The position numbers and the translations under genes were made by a program. Of a stretch of DNA of 64,000 bases, positions 1 through 12,346 are shown piece after piece (positions within the stretch are counted from its first letter, which is position 1; every line of letters starts with the position of its first letter). Source of the DNA: Ruditapes philippinarum (taxonomy: Eukaryota); the NCBI RefSeq assembly GCF_026571515.1, contig NW_026853347.1:62001-126000 (forward strand), written 5' to 3'. A model generated the notes under the pieces. That model had not been told where the DNA came from. It saw only the letters and a list, made by a program, of their open reading frames with translations, and ran no database searches.

Positions 1-267
1 ACTGAGAATATTGTAGCTTTCTCTGACACCCATTACCTCTCAGAATGATAAAATAATATTATTATTATTCCTGCACAATTGATATTGTTTAGGTCAAAAT
101 CAAACATTTGTTTTTCCATTTCAATTTATTTGCTGCCTTTTTCATCAAATTTTACACGAAAACATCTGTTTTAACATTTTTGATATACTATACATTTAAC
201 TGACATTTGACCTTTTATAAGACAAGTTCAATTATCTGATAGTGATAAATGTACATAAGACTTAATT

Positions 268-474
268 TGAGCCACGCCTTGACAAAACCAACATAGTGCG
301 TTTGCGACCAGCCTGGATCCAGACCACCCTGCACATCCGCGCAGTCTGATCAGGATCCATGCTGTTCGCTATCAGTTTTTCTACTTTAAATAGGTTTGTA
401 AGCGGATGCGCAGGCTGGTCTGGATCCATGCTGGTCGCAAATGCACAATGTTTGTTTAGTCATGTCGTGGCTCA
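268..474. mobile_element. MITE-like non-autonomous DNA element with long imperfect terminal inverted repeats
   Basis: Left arm tgagccacg..gacaaaaccaacatagtgcgtttgcgaccagcctggatccagacca.cctgcacatccgc is the reverse complement of right arm gcggatgcgcaggctggtctggatccatgctggtcgcaaatgcacaatgtttg..gtc..cgtggctca (~70 bp each); AT-rich flanks; no ORF. Confidence 0.85.
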
Positions 475-544
475 TTTTAAAAATTAAGTTGCATTGTTAT
501 TATGATTTTCATTTAAATAGAGGCGAATCCTAACAGTGCTGTCC

Positions 545-814
545 TAGTATAATGTACGATTGTATGACCAAAGTTGTTTACTGACATTCTCTTCACTTTG
601 ATAATTAGAGGTTAATACTTGGTTGCTGCTCGCCATTATGCGATAGTCACTGAAAGTTGATGACGTCATTCTGAACGTGCGCTCATTCACTCGCCCATTA
701 TGGGAAAATAATTCCGAGTAGCAAGGCGGCCAAAATTGCATAATGACCCAGATCTTGCCATAATGACCCAGAAATACCCTAGTTTCTGTTACTATATATA
801 GTAACATAGGTACT
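545..814. repeat. Probable DNA-element fragment with a short direct repeat and a terminal palindrome
   Basis: cataatgacccaga occurs twice (739-752, 759-772); perfect 20-bp palindrome tgttactatatatagtaaca (787-806); ends tagta...tacta. Family not identified. Confidence 0.35.
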
Positions 815-1324
815 AACAAGGTTAGCTTTTAAAAAAGCTAGTAGCGACTCGCTTCGTAATTTTTTTCAAGGGGTGTGTTTAAATGTAAAAATGACAGTTC
901 TGTTAGCTGAAGAGACTTCAGCGAACATCAAAATAAAAGTGAAGTCAACACTGGCCCGGTGCCCGATGGCAAGTGTATATAAGTTCAGGCCAGTGTAAAT
1001 TTAAGAAAATTTTGTTAATTATTTAGTAGAATAAATTCAAAACTGGAATTCGGGCCAGTAAATTCAAAATCTTTAACTCATTGACTGAAAGTGACATATA
1101 AAGTTCTCTCAGTTTAACCAAGATGAGTATGAGTATATATGAAGGTGCATATAAACAGATAGAATGAAGAACCTATGTCTATGCACATTTACTATATGGC
1201 CTGTTGACCTTGACCACAAAATGTTAGATAGGTAGATTTCATAAAGATGTCTCTTTATACAAAATTAAGTTGTAATACATGTATGTTATTTAGTATTGGA
1301 ATGAGAGGCACAAGTCCTAAAGTA

Positions 1325-2258
1325 AACACAAGTTGTCAATCAATTCAGCCAGAAAAGCCGGGATCCTTTTAAAAAATATAGGGATCCCGGAAATTGACCA
1401 GTCTAAGAAGATGTTTTTCAGATAAGCCGGGATCCTATTAAAACATATAGGGATCACGGGAATTGACCAGTTCAAGTATATAGTTTTCAGAAAAGCTGGG
1501 ATCGTTTTAAAACATAAAGGGATCCCGGGATTTGACCAATTCAAGAAAATAGTCTTTGATTTTCCAATTAATTAGGCATATAATTATAAGTGTTGTGATT
1601 TCCGCATTTTAAGTTTGTTAATAAATAGCTCTAAATATATCTATATTCTAAGTTAAATTAATCTAACGTTCATTATATACAATAAAAAAAAATTAACGTT
1701 TAATGGCCTTTCATTACGACAACAATCAACACAAATATAGTTCATTAGGTTGTTCCTCCATATCTTATACGATCCCGGATCCCGGGCGTCCCGGATCCCG
1801 GCCAGTAAATACTTAACTAAATACCGGAAAGGATAAAATGACCGGAAAAAGGGAAAAATAAAAAATGCACAGAACCAGATGTACACTTATGTTAATTAAC
1901 CAAACGAAAACTTACTACAGAGAAAACAGGTGAAATCGCTAAATCAGAAGTCAGTGTAAATATGATTTATTGAAAAGAATTCATAAAGACAAACATTTTA
2001 ATCATCATTATATCTTTGCGCTCAAAACAATACTTGCTGGATTTTAAAAAATGGCGTGAAAATTGAAGGTTTTTTGACGGTATGTACGATTAAATTTGAT
2101 TGGCTAAATAATTTTGGATCCTAGCCCTGATAGATAAATTTTGTAGAAAGCTGGAAGCCAAGCGTCGATTAAATTTTTGGATGGCTTCGGAGTTTAAGGT
2201 TGTTTCTCAGTAAAATCCTACCGTAATACCGGCTCGCCGTGGCGAGCCGGCATTACAA
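1325..2258 (-). mobile_element. Possible non-autonomous Helitron/Helentron-type element carrying the 69-bp array
   Basis: Strong GC hairpin gtaat-a-ccggctcgcc-gt-ggcgagccgg-c-attac at 2223-2256; internal tandem array; the minus strand ends ...acaacttgtgtt near 1325. Boundaries are inferred. Confidence 0.35.
1350..1556. repeat. Tandem repeat, 3 x 69 bp, each unit with an internal gggatcc...ggatccc inverted repeat
   Basis: Units start at 1350, 1419, 1488 (cagaaaagccgggatcc...). A related gatcccgg motif cluster lies at 1770-1803. Confidence 0.9.
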
Positions 2259-2384
2259 ATACTCCCCTTAGAACCACCACGTATTGTAAGTATTACTACC
2301 TCTTCCATATATGCGGGGTAGATTAAATTAATAATGAGTAACGAACGTATTTGTTGGATATAAACTTGCAAATCAGGTGGGATT

Positions 2385-2485
2385 TTTGGTTGTTGGATGT
2401 TGTTTTTGGTTTTATTTTTGTTCTTTGTTTTTGTTTCTTTTTTACGTTGTTTTTGTTTTGTTTGTTTTTGTTGTTGTTGTGTTTG
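2385..2485. repeat. Low-complexity T/G-rich tract
   Basis: Degenerate (TTG/TTTG)n; accounts for the spurious hydrophobic ORF 2351..2578. Confidence 0.8.
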
Positions 2486-3108
2486 TATTATTATGATAAA
2501 ATTTGTTTCACTGAATCAGAAAAAAAATGGTTTAGCCTTTACAAATTCACACAAGCTAAAACCATAATTATAGGATAAAATTATACATGTGTATTAATTA
2601 ACAAGGTAAACAGAAGGACGACCGTGATTGCATACAGTCTTTTGCATTGAAATATTAAGCTACAAATACAGTTCCGTGACAGTTGTATTAGGCCTGTTTT
2701 CAATCATTAATACATTGATTTGTCAGGAGGTTCAACACCTTATTAAGCAAATCATTATAATTTCTTACTAAACTGTTTCCTTGATAAATGGAATAATGTA
2801 CGACAAAGTATTGCTTTCTACCACTGAAATTGTTTGGAGTCTTTCAATTAGGGACCAGTGTACAGCGTTATTGTACAGGGCAACCATGAATAGTGATTTG
2901 TTGTTTGTAATTTATTGTCTGGGAGCATTGTTATAAAACAAATATAAGTCAACCGTTAAATGCTTTTAATATTTAGGATATTAGGTAAACAATACATTTA
3001 GATTTATTACAGTGCTGTAGATTTATTTTTCAAAGCTAAGGTCCTGTTTATTCAGATACGAGTTCGTCTATACTTATTGTTTAGATCGGTACATTCCTCT
3101 ATAAAAAC

Positions 3109-4896
3109 ATGAGCTCATACAAACCCCGGGACTATTGGAAATATTTAAATAGCCTTACACCTAGGATCACTGAGAAAACTCCGACTGTTTCCGAATTTTT
3201 TGACTATTTTAAAAACATTAATTCGCCCCATTCTGAAATTGATGACAATGCCCCTTTTAATGAAGAACCCCTTATTATCGAGGATAATAATGCTTTAAAT
3301 AGACCAATTTCTGAAATTGAAATATTAAAGGTTATTGCAAAATTAAATAATGGTAAAGCTGCTTCCCAGTTTGATAACATCAGTAATGAGTACTTAAAAG
3401 GTACACGAGCGGTTATGGCCCCAATCTATGTTAAACTGTTTAATTTTATATTAGATTCAGGTATATTACCTGATTCGTGGTTGATTGGGTGTATAAAACC
3501 TATTTTTAAAAATAAAGAATCTAAGCTTAATCCTGCCAATTACAGGCCTATCACAATACTTAGCTGTCTCGGTAAAGTTTTCACAGCCGTACTAAACAAT
3601 AGAAAAAATGAATTTCTCGCCGACAATAACCTCTTGAATGAAAACCAGGCCGGATTCAGATCCGGGTACTCAACAAGTGACCATATATTTACCCTCCATT
3701 TCCTAATTGAAAAATTAAGGTCAGAGAAGAAAAAGTTGTTATGCTCTTTTATAGATTTCTCAGCTGCCTTCGACTCAGTGTGGCGAGCAGGGCTATGGCA
3801 TAAGTTGTCCAGTACTGGTATATCGGGCAAAATACTAACAGTTATTAAGAATATGTATTCGGATATTAAATCATGTGTTAATACCAATGGTCAAACTTCT
3901 GCCTTCTTCACCAGTTTCACTGGGGTACGACAAGGGGAAAATTTGTCACCGATCCTCTTCTCCCTATACCTGAACGACCTAGATTCTGTCCTGAGTCGAG
4001 ATAATAACGGAATTATCATTGATTTTCACGTGAATAATGCCCTTCACTTTTTGAAACTATTATTATTACTACATGTATATGCAGACGATACGGTTATATT
4101 TGGAGAAAATGAGTCCACCTTTCAGCTGTGTTTAGATAACTTTTATAATTACTGTCAAAAGTGGAAGTTAAAAAATAATTTTTCAAAAACTAAAGTGATA
4201 GTTTTCGGAACTAACAAACCGAGTAAATACAGTTTTAACATAAATGGTCAACCTATTGAAACAGTTAAAGAATATAAATATCTAGGTGTTGTTTTCTCAA
4301 GCTCTGGATCTTTTTTATCTTGTAGAAAACACGTAGTTTCGCAAGCTAATAAAGCCATGCACTTATTGTACATGAGAATCAGTAACCTTGATCTTTCTAT
4401 TGACCTGCAGTTGAAATTATTTGATCATACTGTCCTACCTATACTAACATACGGAAGTGAAATATGGGGCTTCGAGAACTTGGATATGGTAGAGCAAGTT
4501 CACACTAATTTTCTTCGCAAAATTACTAAGACCAGAAAAAGTACTCCTAGATATATGCTATATGGTGAACTTGGACGCTACCCTATTGAAATTATCATTA
4601 AGTCCCGAATGGTAAATTTTTGGAATAAGCTTATTCTTTCCAGTAACTCGAAATACTCGTTTAATTGTTATCTGCATATGTTACAATCAAATCATATATT
4701 TAAATGGCCTTCCTTTGTTAAACAAATCCTAGATTCAACTGGAAATTCCTATCTTTGGCTTTACCAACGCTCTCTAACTTGTAAGTTTTTAAATAAGATG
4801 GTCAAGCCTACCCTTGTTGACCAGTTTTTCCAGGATTGGTGCTCGAAACTTGAAACTTCAAGCAAAGGTCAAATGTACCATATATTTAAAGAATAA
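3109..4896 (+). CDS. Non-LTR retrotransposon (LINE) ORF2 reverse transcriptase, RTE/RTE-X-like, 5'-truncated (no APE endonuclease domain)
   Basis: RT motifs NYRPITILSCLGKVF, QAGFR, FIDFSAAFD, GVRQGENLSP, YADD (4078-4089), YKYLG, plus RTE-type PILTYGSEIWG. The ORF begins in the post-endonuclease linker (PRDYWKYL). Confidence 0.93.
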   Translation: MSSYKPRDYWKYLNSLTPRITEKTPTVSEFFDYFKNINSPHSEIDDNAPFNEEPLIIEDNNALNRPISEIEILKVIAKLNNGKAASQFDNISNEYLKGTRAVMAPIYVKLFNFILDSGILPDSWLIGCIKPIFKNKESKLNPANYRPITILSCLGKVFTAVLNNRKNEFLADNNLLNENQAGFRSGYSTSDHIFTLHFLIEKLRSEKKKLLCSFIDFSAAFDSVWRAGLWHKLSSTGISGKILTVIKNMYSDIKSCVNTNGQTSAFFTSFTGVRQGENLSPILFSLYLNDLDSVLSRDNNGIIIDFHVNNALHFLKLLLLLHVYADDTVIFGENESTFQLCLDNFYNYCQKWKLKNNFSKTKVIVFGTNKPSKYSFNINGQPIETVKEYKYLGVVFSSSGSFLSCRKHVVSQANKAMHLLYMRISNLDLSIDLQLKLFDHTVLPILTYGSEIWGFENLDMVEQVHTNFLRKITKTRKSTPRYMLYGELGRYPIEIIIKSRMVNFWNKLILSSNSKYSFNCYLHMLQSNHIFKWPSFVKQILDSTGNSYLWLYQRSLTCKFLNKMVKPTLVDQFFQDWCSKLETSSKGQMYHIFKE

Positions 4897-4900
4897 ATAA

Positions 4901-5254
4901 TTGTTTGAGGAATACTTTTCCATACTCCCGAATTCTCTCCGACTTGCCCTTATGCATTTTCGCACGGGCAACCATAGATTCCCGATTGAAGTAGGCCGTT
5001 GGAGCCAGTCATTTATCCCCCACGAGCAACGTAAATGTAATCTCTGCCCATTAAATGACCTAGGTGACGAGTTTCATTATTTACTCGTCTGCCCATTTTT
5101 TAAGGAAAAACGAAATAAGCTTTTAAATCGAAGATTTTACAACAATCCAAATATCCTTAAATTTAAGGAACTGCTCGCCACTAATGACCGAGTACAGCTG
5201 ACAAATCATGCAAAATACGTAGCATTCACTATGAAGTTTTTTAAGCGATCGTAA
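4901..5254 (+). CDS. C-terminal part of the same LINE ORF2 after a frameshift; CCHC-type zinc-finger region
   Basis: FRTGNHRFPIEVGRW...RKCNLC...GDEFHYLLVC matches the LINE C-terminal R-x-G/S-x-H...IE-x-GR...CxxC...DE-x-H...C motif; starts 4 bp after the RT ORF stop in another frame. Confidence 0.88.
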   Translation: MFEEYFSILPNSLRLALMHFRTGNHRFPIEVGRWSQSFIPHEQRKCNLCPLNDLGDEFHYLLVCPFFKEKRNKLLNRRFYNNPNILKFKELLATNDRVQLTNHAKYVAFTMKFFKRS

Positions 5255-5928
5255 ACTTTATTATCTTAATTTCATATGATTATGCATCAGACTTTAGAAA
5301 TATCATAGGCCAATGTTGTTTATTAATATAAATACTGCAAGTTTGATTTACTGTGTAATATATGTATACCATGGCAGGCGCTAAAAAAGTATGCATAATC
5401 TTAGACAAAAACAGCAACAATAACAAAAGCAATTTGTATAACTTATTACACTCACCGGTATATAATTCCATGTACGCGCACTTCTTACATTAAATTCCAC
5501 TGATAAAATCCCTTCCGAACGAAATAAAGCACACTGCCGGCTCTATTTTGTGTAATCATCCAGGTCAAGTGAAATAAACATTGATTTAATGAACGCGTGA
5601 ATAAATGACCAATCAAATTCGATTACATCGCGAAATCCATTTAGGTCATTCCTTTAAATTATTTATATAATTGGTAACCTAACATCCAAATATATAGTAT
5701 TTTTCGCTTTTCATAAGCGCATGTCGTAAATGTAATTGTAATTTTTTAAACCACGCCTTAAAAATTAGCTATGAATGAAAATCATGATTCTCGTGCTCGA
5801 ACGAGAATGGATAGTAAAAGTTGTAGTAGTAATTTTCCCACGGCAAAATGATTTCACTTCGCACCATGATAGCAAAATCTTTTAAGCTGTATTTTTGTTC
5901 TTACTGTTTTCCTATTGCTGTAAATTTC

Positions 5929-6107
5929 NNNNNNNNNNNNNNNNNNNNNNNNNNNNNNNNNNNNNNNNNNNNNNNNNNNNNNNNNNNNNNNNNNNNNNNN
6001 NNNNNNNNNNNNNNNNNNNNNNNNNNNNNNNNNNNNNNNNNNNNNNNNNNNNNNNNNNNNNNNNNNNNNNNNNNNNNNNNNNNNNNNNNNNNNNNNNNNN
6101 NNNNNNN
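5929..6107. other. Assembly gap (179 N)
   Basis: Run of N. Confidence 1.
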
Positions 6108-6408
6108 GTGTTTATGAATATGCGTACAACAAATATATTATTTCTGTTTGTGCGTGCGAGTGTGTTTATTTTTCCCTGATTTCTAGATAACTTGAGATTA
6201 AATTGTCAAAATTTGCAAAGACATATATATATATTTTAGCACTTGTGTTAAAAGCTTATAATATTTACCTATGAAATTTGTATGTTGATAATATCCATTT
6301 TCCCCACATGAAACTTAAATTATGATACCCATTTAACATTTAATATTGATATTTATATATTTGTACACATGTAATTACAAAATGTCACCTTTTAATCTGT
6401 GCCTCTCA

Positions 6409-6440
6409 AATAAAGATTCTGTTCTGTTCTGTTCTGTTCT
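6409..6440 (+). repeat. LINE-type 3' tail: AATAAA followed by (TTCTG)n
   Basis: caAATAAAgattctgttctgttctgttctgttct; a poly(A) signal plus short tandem tail is typical of RTE/CR1/L2-group 3' ends. Confidence 0.65.
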
Positions 6441-8966
6441 ACTTTGTTAAATGACATTGTGCTTTTGAGGAAAACATACTTTTCACCGTATACATGTTAC
6501 GAAATTGTGAAATGGTACAGAACTTTATGTTCCAAAATCAAAAGCTTTACATGACTGGTTCAGTGTAGTCGTTACGCTACAAAGTATCTTATGAGAATGG
6601 CCAAACACAAATATTCACGAACTAACCATTTAATTGAATATGGTTGACAGTGGTAAAAAAATGCGACAAAAATACATGGCTTTTCTTAGTTTACAGTAAG
6701 GATTAATCTAAACATTTCTTGATGAACAACGTTTTTACCAAAACAAGAGTAATTGCATATAAATTCTCTAATATGTCAGTAATAAGAAGACGTGTTGTAG
6801 CGAAATAATTAACACGCAAACGTCAACAATTCTCCTAATGATTTGGCGCGGTATACTATTTTTATGTTTAATCAGTGAATACGAAAAACAGTGTATGGAC
6901 TTATGTTTAATAAGGAATAAGAACAAATTATAAATATGAAATAGAAGTCAACGGTAACTGTCACTACTTGTCATTTCATATGCAATTTTCAGAATGAGTT
7001 TTCTTTGGCAGTTTCAATTGATCACATTTTTTTAAGCTATCATGAAAGTGTGAAAGTGACCTCTTGTAGTCAGATAGCTATGTTCCAAATACATATGCAC
7101 ATACTGCTGTATGTGAGAAGAAGCATTATCCCCTTTTATGGACACTACATATATGCTTATTGTGCCGATGTTTATTTTAATGAGGTCGTGACAAGGTCAC
7201 GTGTATTTGTACTAGAGGTAAAAGATCATTATTTTTGCATCAAGTAACTTGATACCGAAATCATTAAAACCAAAAGTGACAATAAAGCGTAGATATCATG
7301 GTATAATTTGTCACGTAGAAAATAAAATATTGATAGAAACTCTTAACGAAATTATACTTATCCTTCTAAAGGTTGTTAAATTACAGTTTCTGATAATGAA
7401 TGTACATGTCACTTTTTCTTATTCCTATGATTTACATATATTTACATTTGCATTTTTTTTGTTTTATTTGCATAATTATAACTTTTATTGTTTTATTCCT
7501 ATATGATAGGAAACAATAGTTTTATTTGAAGCATGCGACTGTCAAAAGCAGAAAGATGATACCAATACACCTATTCAGTTCGTCCAAAGCTTATGTGTTC
7601 TGTAAATATTAATGAACTGTTTTGGTGGGCCTTTGTTTTGTTTAAAGTTGTTGTTGATGGTTTTTTCAAACAAATGTATTAAGATCAAACTTAATAAAAA
7701 GCAGATAAGTTTTTTTACTCTTGGATAAAATACATCAATTCTCATTACAAAACTATGTTAGCATATATGTAGATATTAAATAAAATAGTTATTATGGTCA
7801 GATTCAATTAATGTTCATGTATTAAGTGCATAGACATGGATCCTTGCTCTTCTTTAACACCTGTTTCAGAATCATATTTTCATTATAGTTTCAAATAATT
7901 TATATTGCGTTGATGCTAAGCCGGAAGTTAATGTTATTAATTACATGATTATTTAAACAAACATGTAAAGTAAAACAAGCGTGTTTTTATTATTTGATAG
8001 CAAATGATTCTGAAATGCTGATTATCTGTCAAAGATGGCATTTATAAACAGACAATGCTGTAGATTGCAACCTATATACAGAAAAGTGTATCGATAGAGA
8101 AATCATTAAATCTTAGGTTATCAGTTGTGGAACCTGAATAACAAGACATTTCTCTTTGCTTTGAAAAGAAAATACAGACAAGTTAATTAATCCTAAGTGT
8201 CACAAAATAAAACATAATTTTATCACAAATTAAAAATGATATACATTTTGGGCAGAATATTAAATTTGTTTTATTCACAAATCGACAGACCTGTTCAAAA
8301 ACCGAACACTTTCAGTTATTGCACAAAAGTATCTTTTGGCTTTTTGGCTATTCTATTTGATATTTTGTAAAGTATAAATACAACACATATTTTTCAACCC
8401 ATTCACACTGTCACCTAAGTATTGCACCCATTATTACGTTGATAATTATACTGTTTTATACTGTTTGAACCTTACTTTAAACATATATATCATATTTGTC
8501 AACATACAAAAGGAACATTTCAACTCAAAATTCGTGTGATAGTTTAAGATATCTTTGTCATTACTTGCAGAATAGAAATGATTCAGTTATTCAGTGGTAT
8601 CCGTAATCTGAAAAACGTGAACGGCGATGCAAAATAAATGATGAATTGGACAAAAAATACGTAAAGAAAGCAATAGTACTATTATGAATAAATGCTAAAT
8701 GGGTTTACCGTCTCCATAAGTTTTCATTAGTTCTGCTTAGCGAGTAGCTGATATATATCAATCATCGGAGACAAACACTTGAATAATGAACACTGCTTTC
8801 TGAATCTGTTTCATTGTCTATGTCAAAATGCTCAACTTTTTTGGAAAAAATGAAAACAGAAGATAAATGAAACATAGAGTTACATGCAATTCATTTGTAA
8901 ATCTACTTTTGAAGTACAAAATCATACAAAACATGTCTTGTAAGTTATATCTTTTATAAAAGTGAT

Positions 8967-9084
8967 GTTTTGTTTGTTTGTTTGTTTCATTTTACGCCTT
9001 TTCCCAACAGTATTTCAGTCATATAAGCGGGTAGTTTCCTAACCATCGCTCCCTGAGAGTTACACCAGTACTAGCCTACATTCC
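8967..9084 (-). mobile_element. 5'-truncated SINE, same family as 25992-26214
   Basis: Near-identical to the 3' ~115 bp of the SINE inside the Copia; (AAAC)n tail; 7-bp TSD aagtgat (8960-8966, 9085-9091). Confidence 0.9.
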
Positions 9085-10837
9085 AAGTGATTAAGATAAT
9101 AATTGAAATAAATGTATCTAAGTAGCGCCATACATGCCTAAAACATTTTTTTCCCAAATATCAATACATCATTTTAAATTTTAAATAAAATTGAAGTAAC
9201 GGAATAGCGATAAAATGACACTAATTTCGTTATGCTCGTGATTGGCAAATCAACATTTATTCCAACACTTCTTTAGATAAGCTACTATCCTCTTTACCAT
9301 TTAAATTTTCATCAAAGAGAAAGATAATCAAAATTCTATATTCAAAGTCCATTTGAAAGTGTTTCTGTCCCAATTCAAAAGAAAAAGTAAATAAAAAGAA
9401 TTACCCTTGAACTTTTTTGAAATCATTCGTAAACAAGTGTGATTAATGTTGGTTGTAGCCATAAACATTCTTCCCTACAACACGAACAAATAAATTAGAA
9501 AGAAGTAAGTAGAATATCTTCTCAGACCAAATGATCCAAGGTCAATATTGAGCAATTAGAAAAACAATATATTGGTGAGCCGTAAGGACTTTTAACGATA
9601 GAGAAACTATCCAGTTATTTGTAACGGAAGCAAAGAGCATAAAAATAATAAGGTTAGGTGATTAAATGCATGTTATATCACGTCTTCCTATAAGCAATTA
9701 TTTATCATGATTCATAAAATGCTGTTTGTTTTGACTTCATTTAATATCATTGTATCGCCACAGTTTTTTTCTAATAAGTATATTATTAGAATTTAATGAA
9801 AATGCATACTTTCTATGCTACCAACCTACACCGATTAAATAAGTATTCAAGTTCTTATACTACAACGATTGTTATAAATGGTCACGGAGATATATTTAAC
9901 AGCAACGGAAAGGAGCAATTCACATTTTACAGTTTGACATGTAGTCCTGCACATTTAATGTTTGCAGAAGAAAACACTATATCCTGCTACAGGTTGACCA
10001 TATTACGCTGAAGGCTTGATAAAGAAACCTATTGAAATCATTCTCAAAAAAACAGTATATCTTAACTGATAATACATTTTTTTTTAAAATTCAACTTCAT
10101 ATGAAGTATTATTATCATAAACGAAAATAACTGAACCATAATGTAGTAATCCTGGTTAGTTGATAACGTAACAGAATAAGATAATGTCTAATAATAGTTC
10201 AATAACACTAATCAAAATCAGGCTGGAACCAATAATACCTGAAAACAATTTTTATACACAGTATGCAACATAATAAATGACCCGTAAATGAGCATTTACT
10301 GAGCATCATGTCTTGTTTTATTGCATTTTCTGTCTGTTGCTTTTTAACAAGTTGTGAGAAACATCAAATTTCTTTGCAAAGGAGTAATTTCAAAGACATT
10401 TTATCAACCTGAGGCTGTAAATGGACTTCCTCTCTTTGGCTGATTTTGTCACGATAATTCTCAGCTTGAACCAGTCCTAGACCAAGATATTCTGCAATTA
10501 AAAACTATGTATCCTTTACATCATAAACTGGGCTCATATCGCTCAATGACCATCTTTTCCATTAGCAAAATGTCAAAAACGTATTTTTTTCTTTGTAAAA
10601 GAAAGTTGCTTTTCCCCACGTTTGATGTTAAAAGTCACCTTGAATGGAAGCTTTGGTGATAAGTGAGATCACTGAATGGCAAATGCTGTATTTTTGTTGC
10701 CGCTTAATGTTATATTAATATAATCATTTTAAAGCAGACAAATCATCAACTGATGCATTTGTTGAAATGCGTGGGTGATAATATTACTCTAGGGTTCTTT
10801 TTTCATTATTTCTTATATTATATCAAACAATTTCTTC

Positions 10838-10990
10838 GGCCATGTGGATAAGGTATCTGCTTCTCAACACAGATGTGATTGAGCCCTACGAGATCACGGC
10901 CATGCATCTCTTATATGACAACAGTGTTTGTTCAATGAAGTGGACTCAGAATTAGTTTCAAAAAAGACAGAACTTCCTTCATAACCGTTG
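10838..10990 (+). mobile_element. Degenerate tRNA-derived SINE
   Basis: A-box-like ggccatgtggataagg and decayed B-box gattgagccc, followed by a body resembling the CORE-like copies (..gtttgttcaatgaagtggactc..). Confidence 0.45.
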
Positions 10991-12346
10991 ATCAACAATA
11001 GATTTACTGATAGCGTACAGTCGTTTTTTTTGTATGAAAATAAATAAAAAAAGTAATTCTAGATATACAACTGCGGTTATTGAACTATGTTAAATCATTG
11101 TCAAAAGATTGATTTCTCAGAGGGTCATACGCCTGATAAAGCAGTCATAAACGTTTGTTGTTACTTTTATCGCAATATTACTTCTTTAATTTGAATCAAG
11201 TTGATAAAGTACATTAATTTACTATAAAAAGTATTACCTGACATCGGTTTTTATTGTTCTCAGAATTCAATAAAGGACATTGTCCAGCACGTTATTCGTT
11301 TAAGCATTAGTTTACAGTAAATCGCAAATTAAATCTTAAGTTTGTAATTTATTGGTTCATTTCATAAGAACCTTGCGTAAATCATGTAAAGTCAAGTTTA
11401 AAATACCTTAACATATAAATTTCCAAATCTGATTTAATCATGTACCGTGTTAATAACATTAGCTCACTTTCAAATTTTATTGACCTTTTTCCTTTTCTTT
11501 CCCAAAAACTAAGAACAAATTGCGCTTTTCCAAGCTCGTAGATCTCTTTTTAAATATGTACATTTGTATGCAAAGCACTTGTTCATTCCTCGGAATAAAG
11601 GTTAGTTGAACAACAATTAAAACTGCTTGAAGTAATACGTATTTGGACAAGTGTTAATGCTTTACAACAACTCTAGATCATGACCAAACATAAATCTTAA
11701 CGGTCTCACCATGCAGCGTGATAAATATCCACTGTATTGTTAATAAATGAGCAAAATGTCTGGACTTTGTCGATTTTTTGTCTAGAACTAATCTAAACAA
11801 GTTGTTAATAAAGCCTTCATTCTAAAGTATTCTTGAACAAAACTTTTCTGCTATGTCATCATTAAGAGTTCCAGTTACGGAGGTAGACAATTAACCAGAT
11901 AAAATGTTTAAAGTAATAATGTCAGTGCTCGTAGTTACAAAAGTGTCCATTGTATATATATATTATCTAATGTCTGATAAAAAACTTGTAGAACTTCAAC
12001 AAATTGCAGCATAAGAAAATATGAATCAAGTTCATTGGCACAGCAATAGTGATTCAATGGATCCCCTCGTCTACCAAAAAATTACTCCCGCACCTATAAT
12101 GTACCAACTCTGTTCTCAACTAGAGCTAGAGCAGAAAGGAATGATTAGATTTTAGAAGAGGAGAATGTATGTAGTAAAAAACTTCGAAGTACTTTGGATC
12201 ACATATCTGCTTTAACCAGTGCATTCAAGCCTTAACTTGAGATAAAGTTTAGCACTTGTGCAGCATTGCGTTTATAGATTATCTAAAAGCCTTAAATTGT
12301 TTCGACATAACCCCTTTTCTAATGAACAATACGTAAAGACACAAAA

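Larger units (their letters stand above)
3100..5260 (+). mobile_element. 5'-truncated, frameshifted LINE copy (RTE-X-like)
   Basis: The two adjacent ORFs above; no TSD found. Its 3' UTR/tail may be the tract at 6409-6440, but an assembly gap lies between. Confidence 0.85.

Noticed and set aside
895-1087. hAT-type MITE (cagt...actg ends, ggccagt motifs)
   Set aside because: Terminal repeats match only ~4 bp and the TSD is imperfect; not supportable by eye.
1350-1556. CRISPR-like array (palindromic repeats at regular spacing)
   Set aside because: Whole 69-bp units repeat with no unique spacers; no cas genes; eukaryotic context. The same applies to the arrays at 20530-21590 and 36379-36870.
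5848-6179. ORFs 5848..6117 and 5895..6179
   Set aside because: Open only because they cross the N gap.
9796-10011. NHL/beta-propeller-like fragment
   Set aside because: Only a vague resemblance, it lies upstream of the B-box remnant rather than downstream, and no repeat periodicity is visible.
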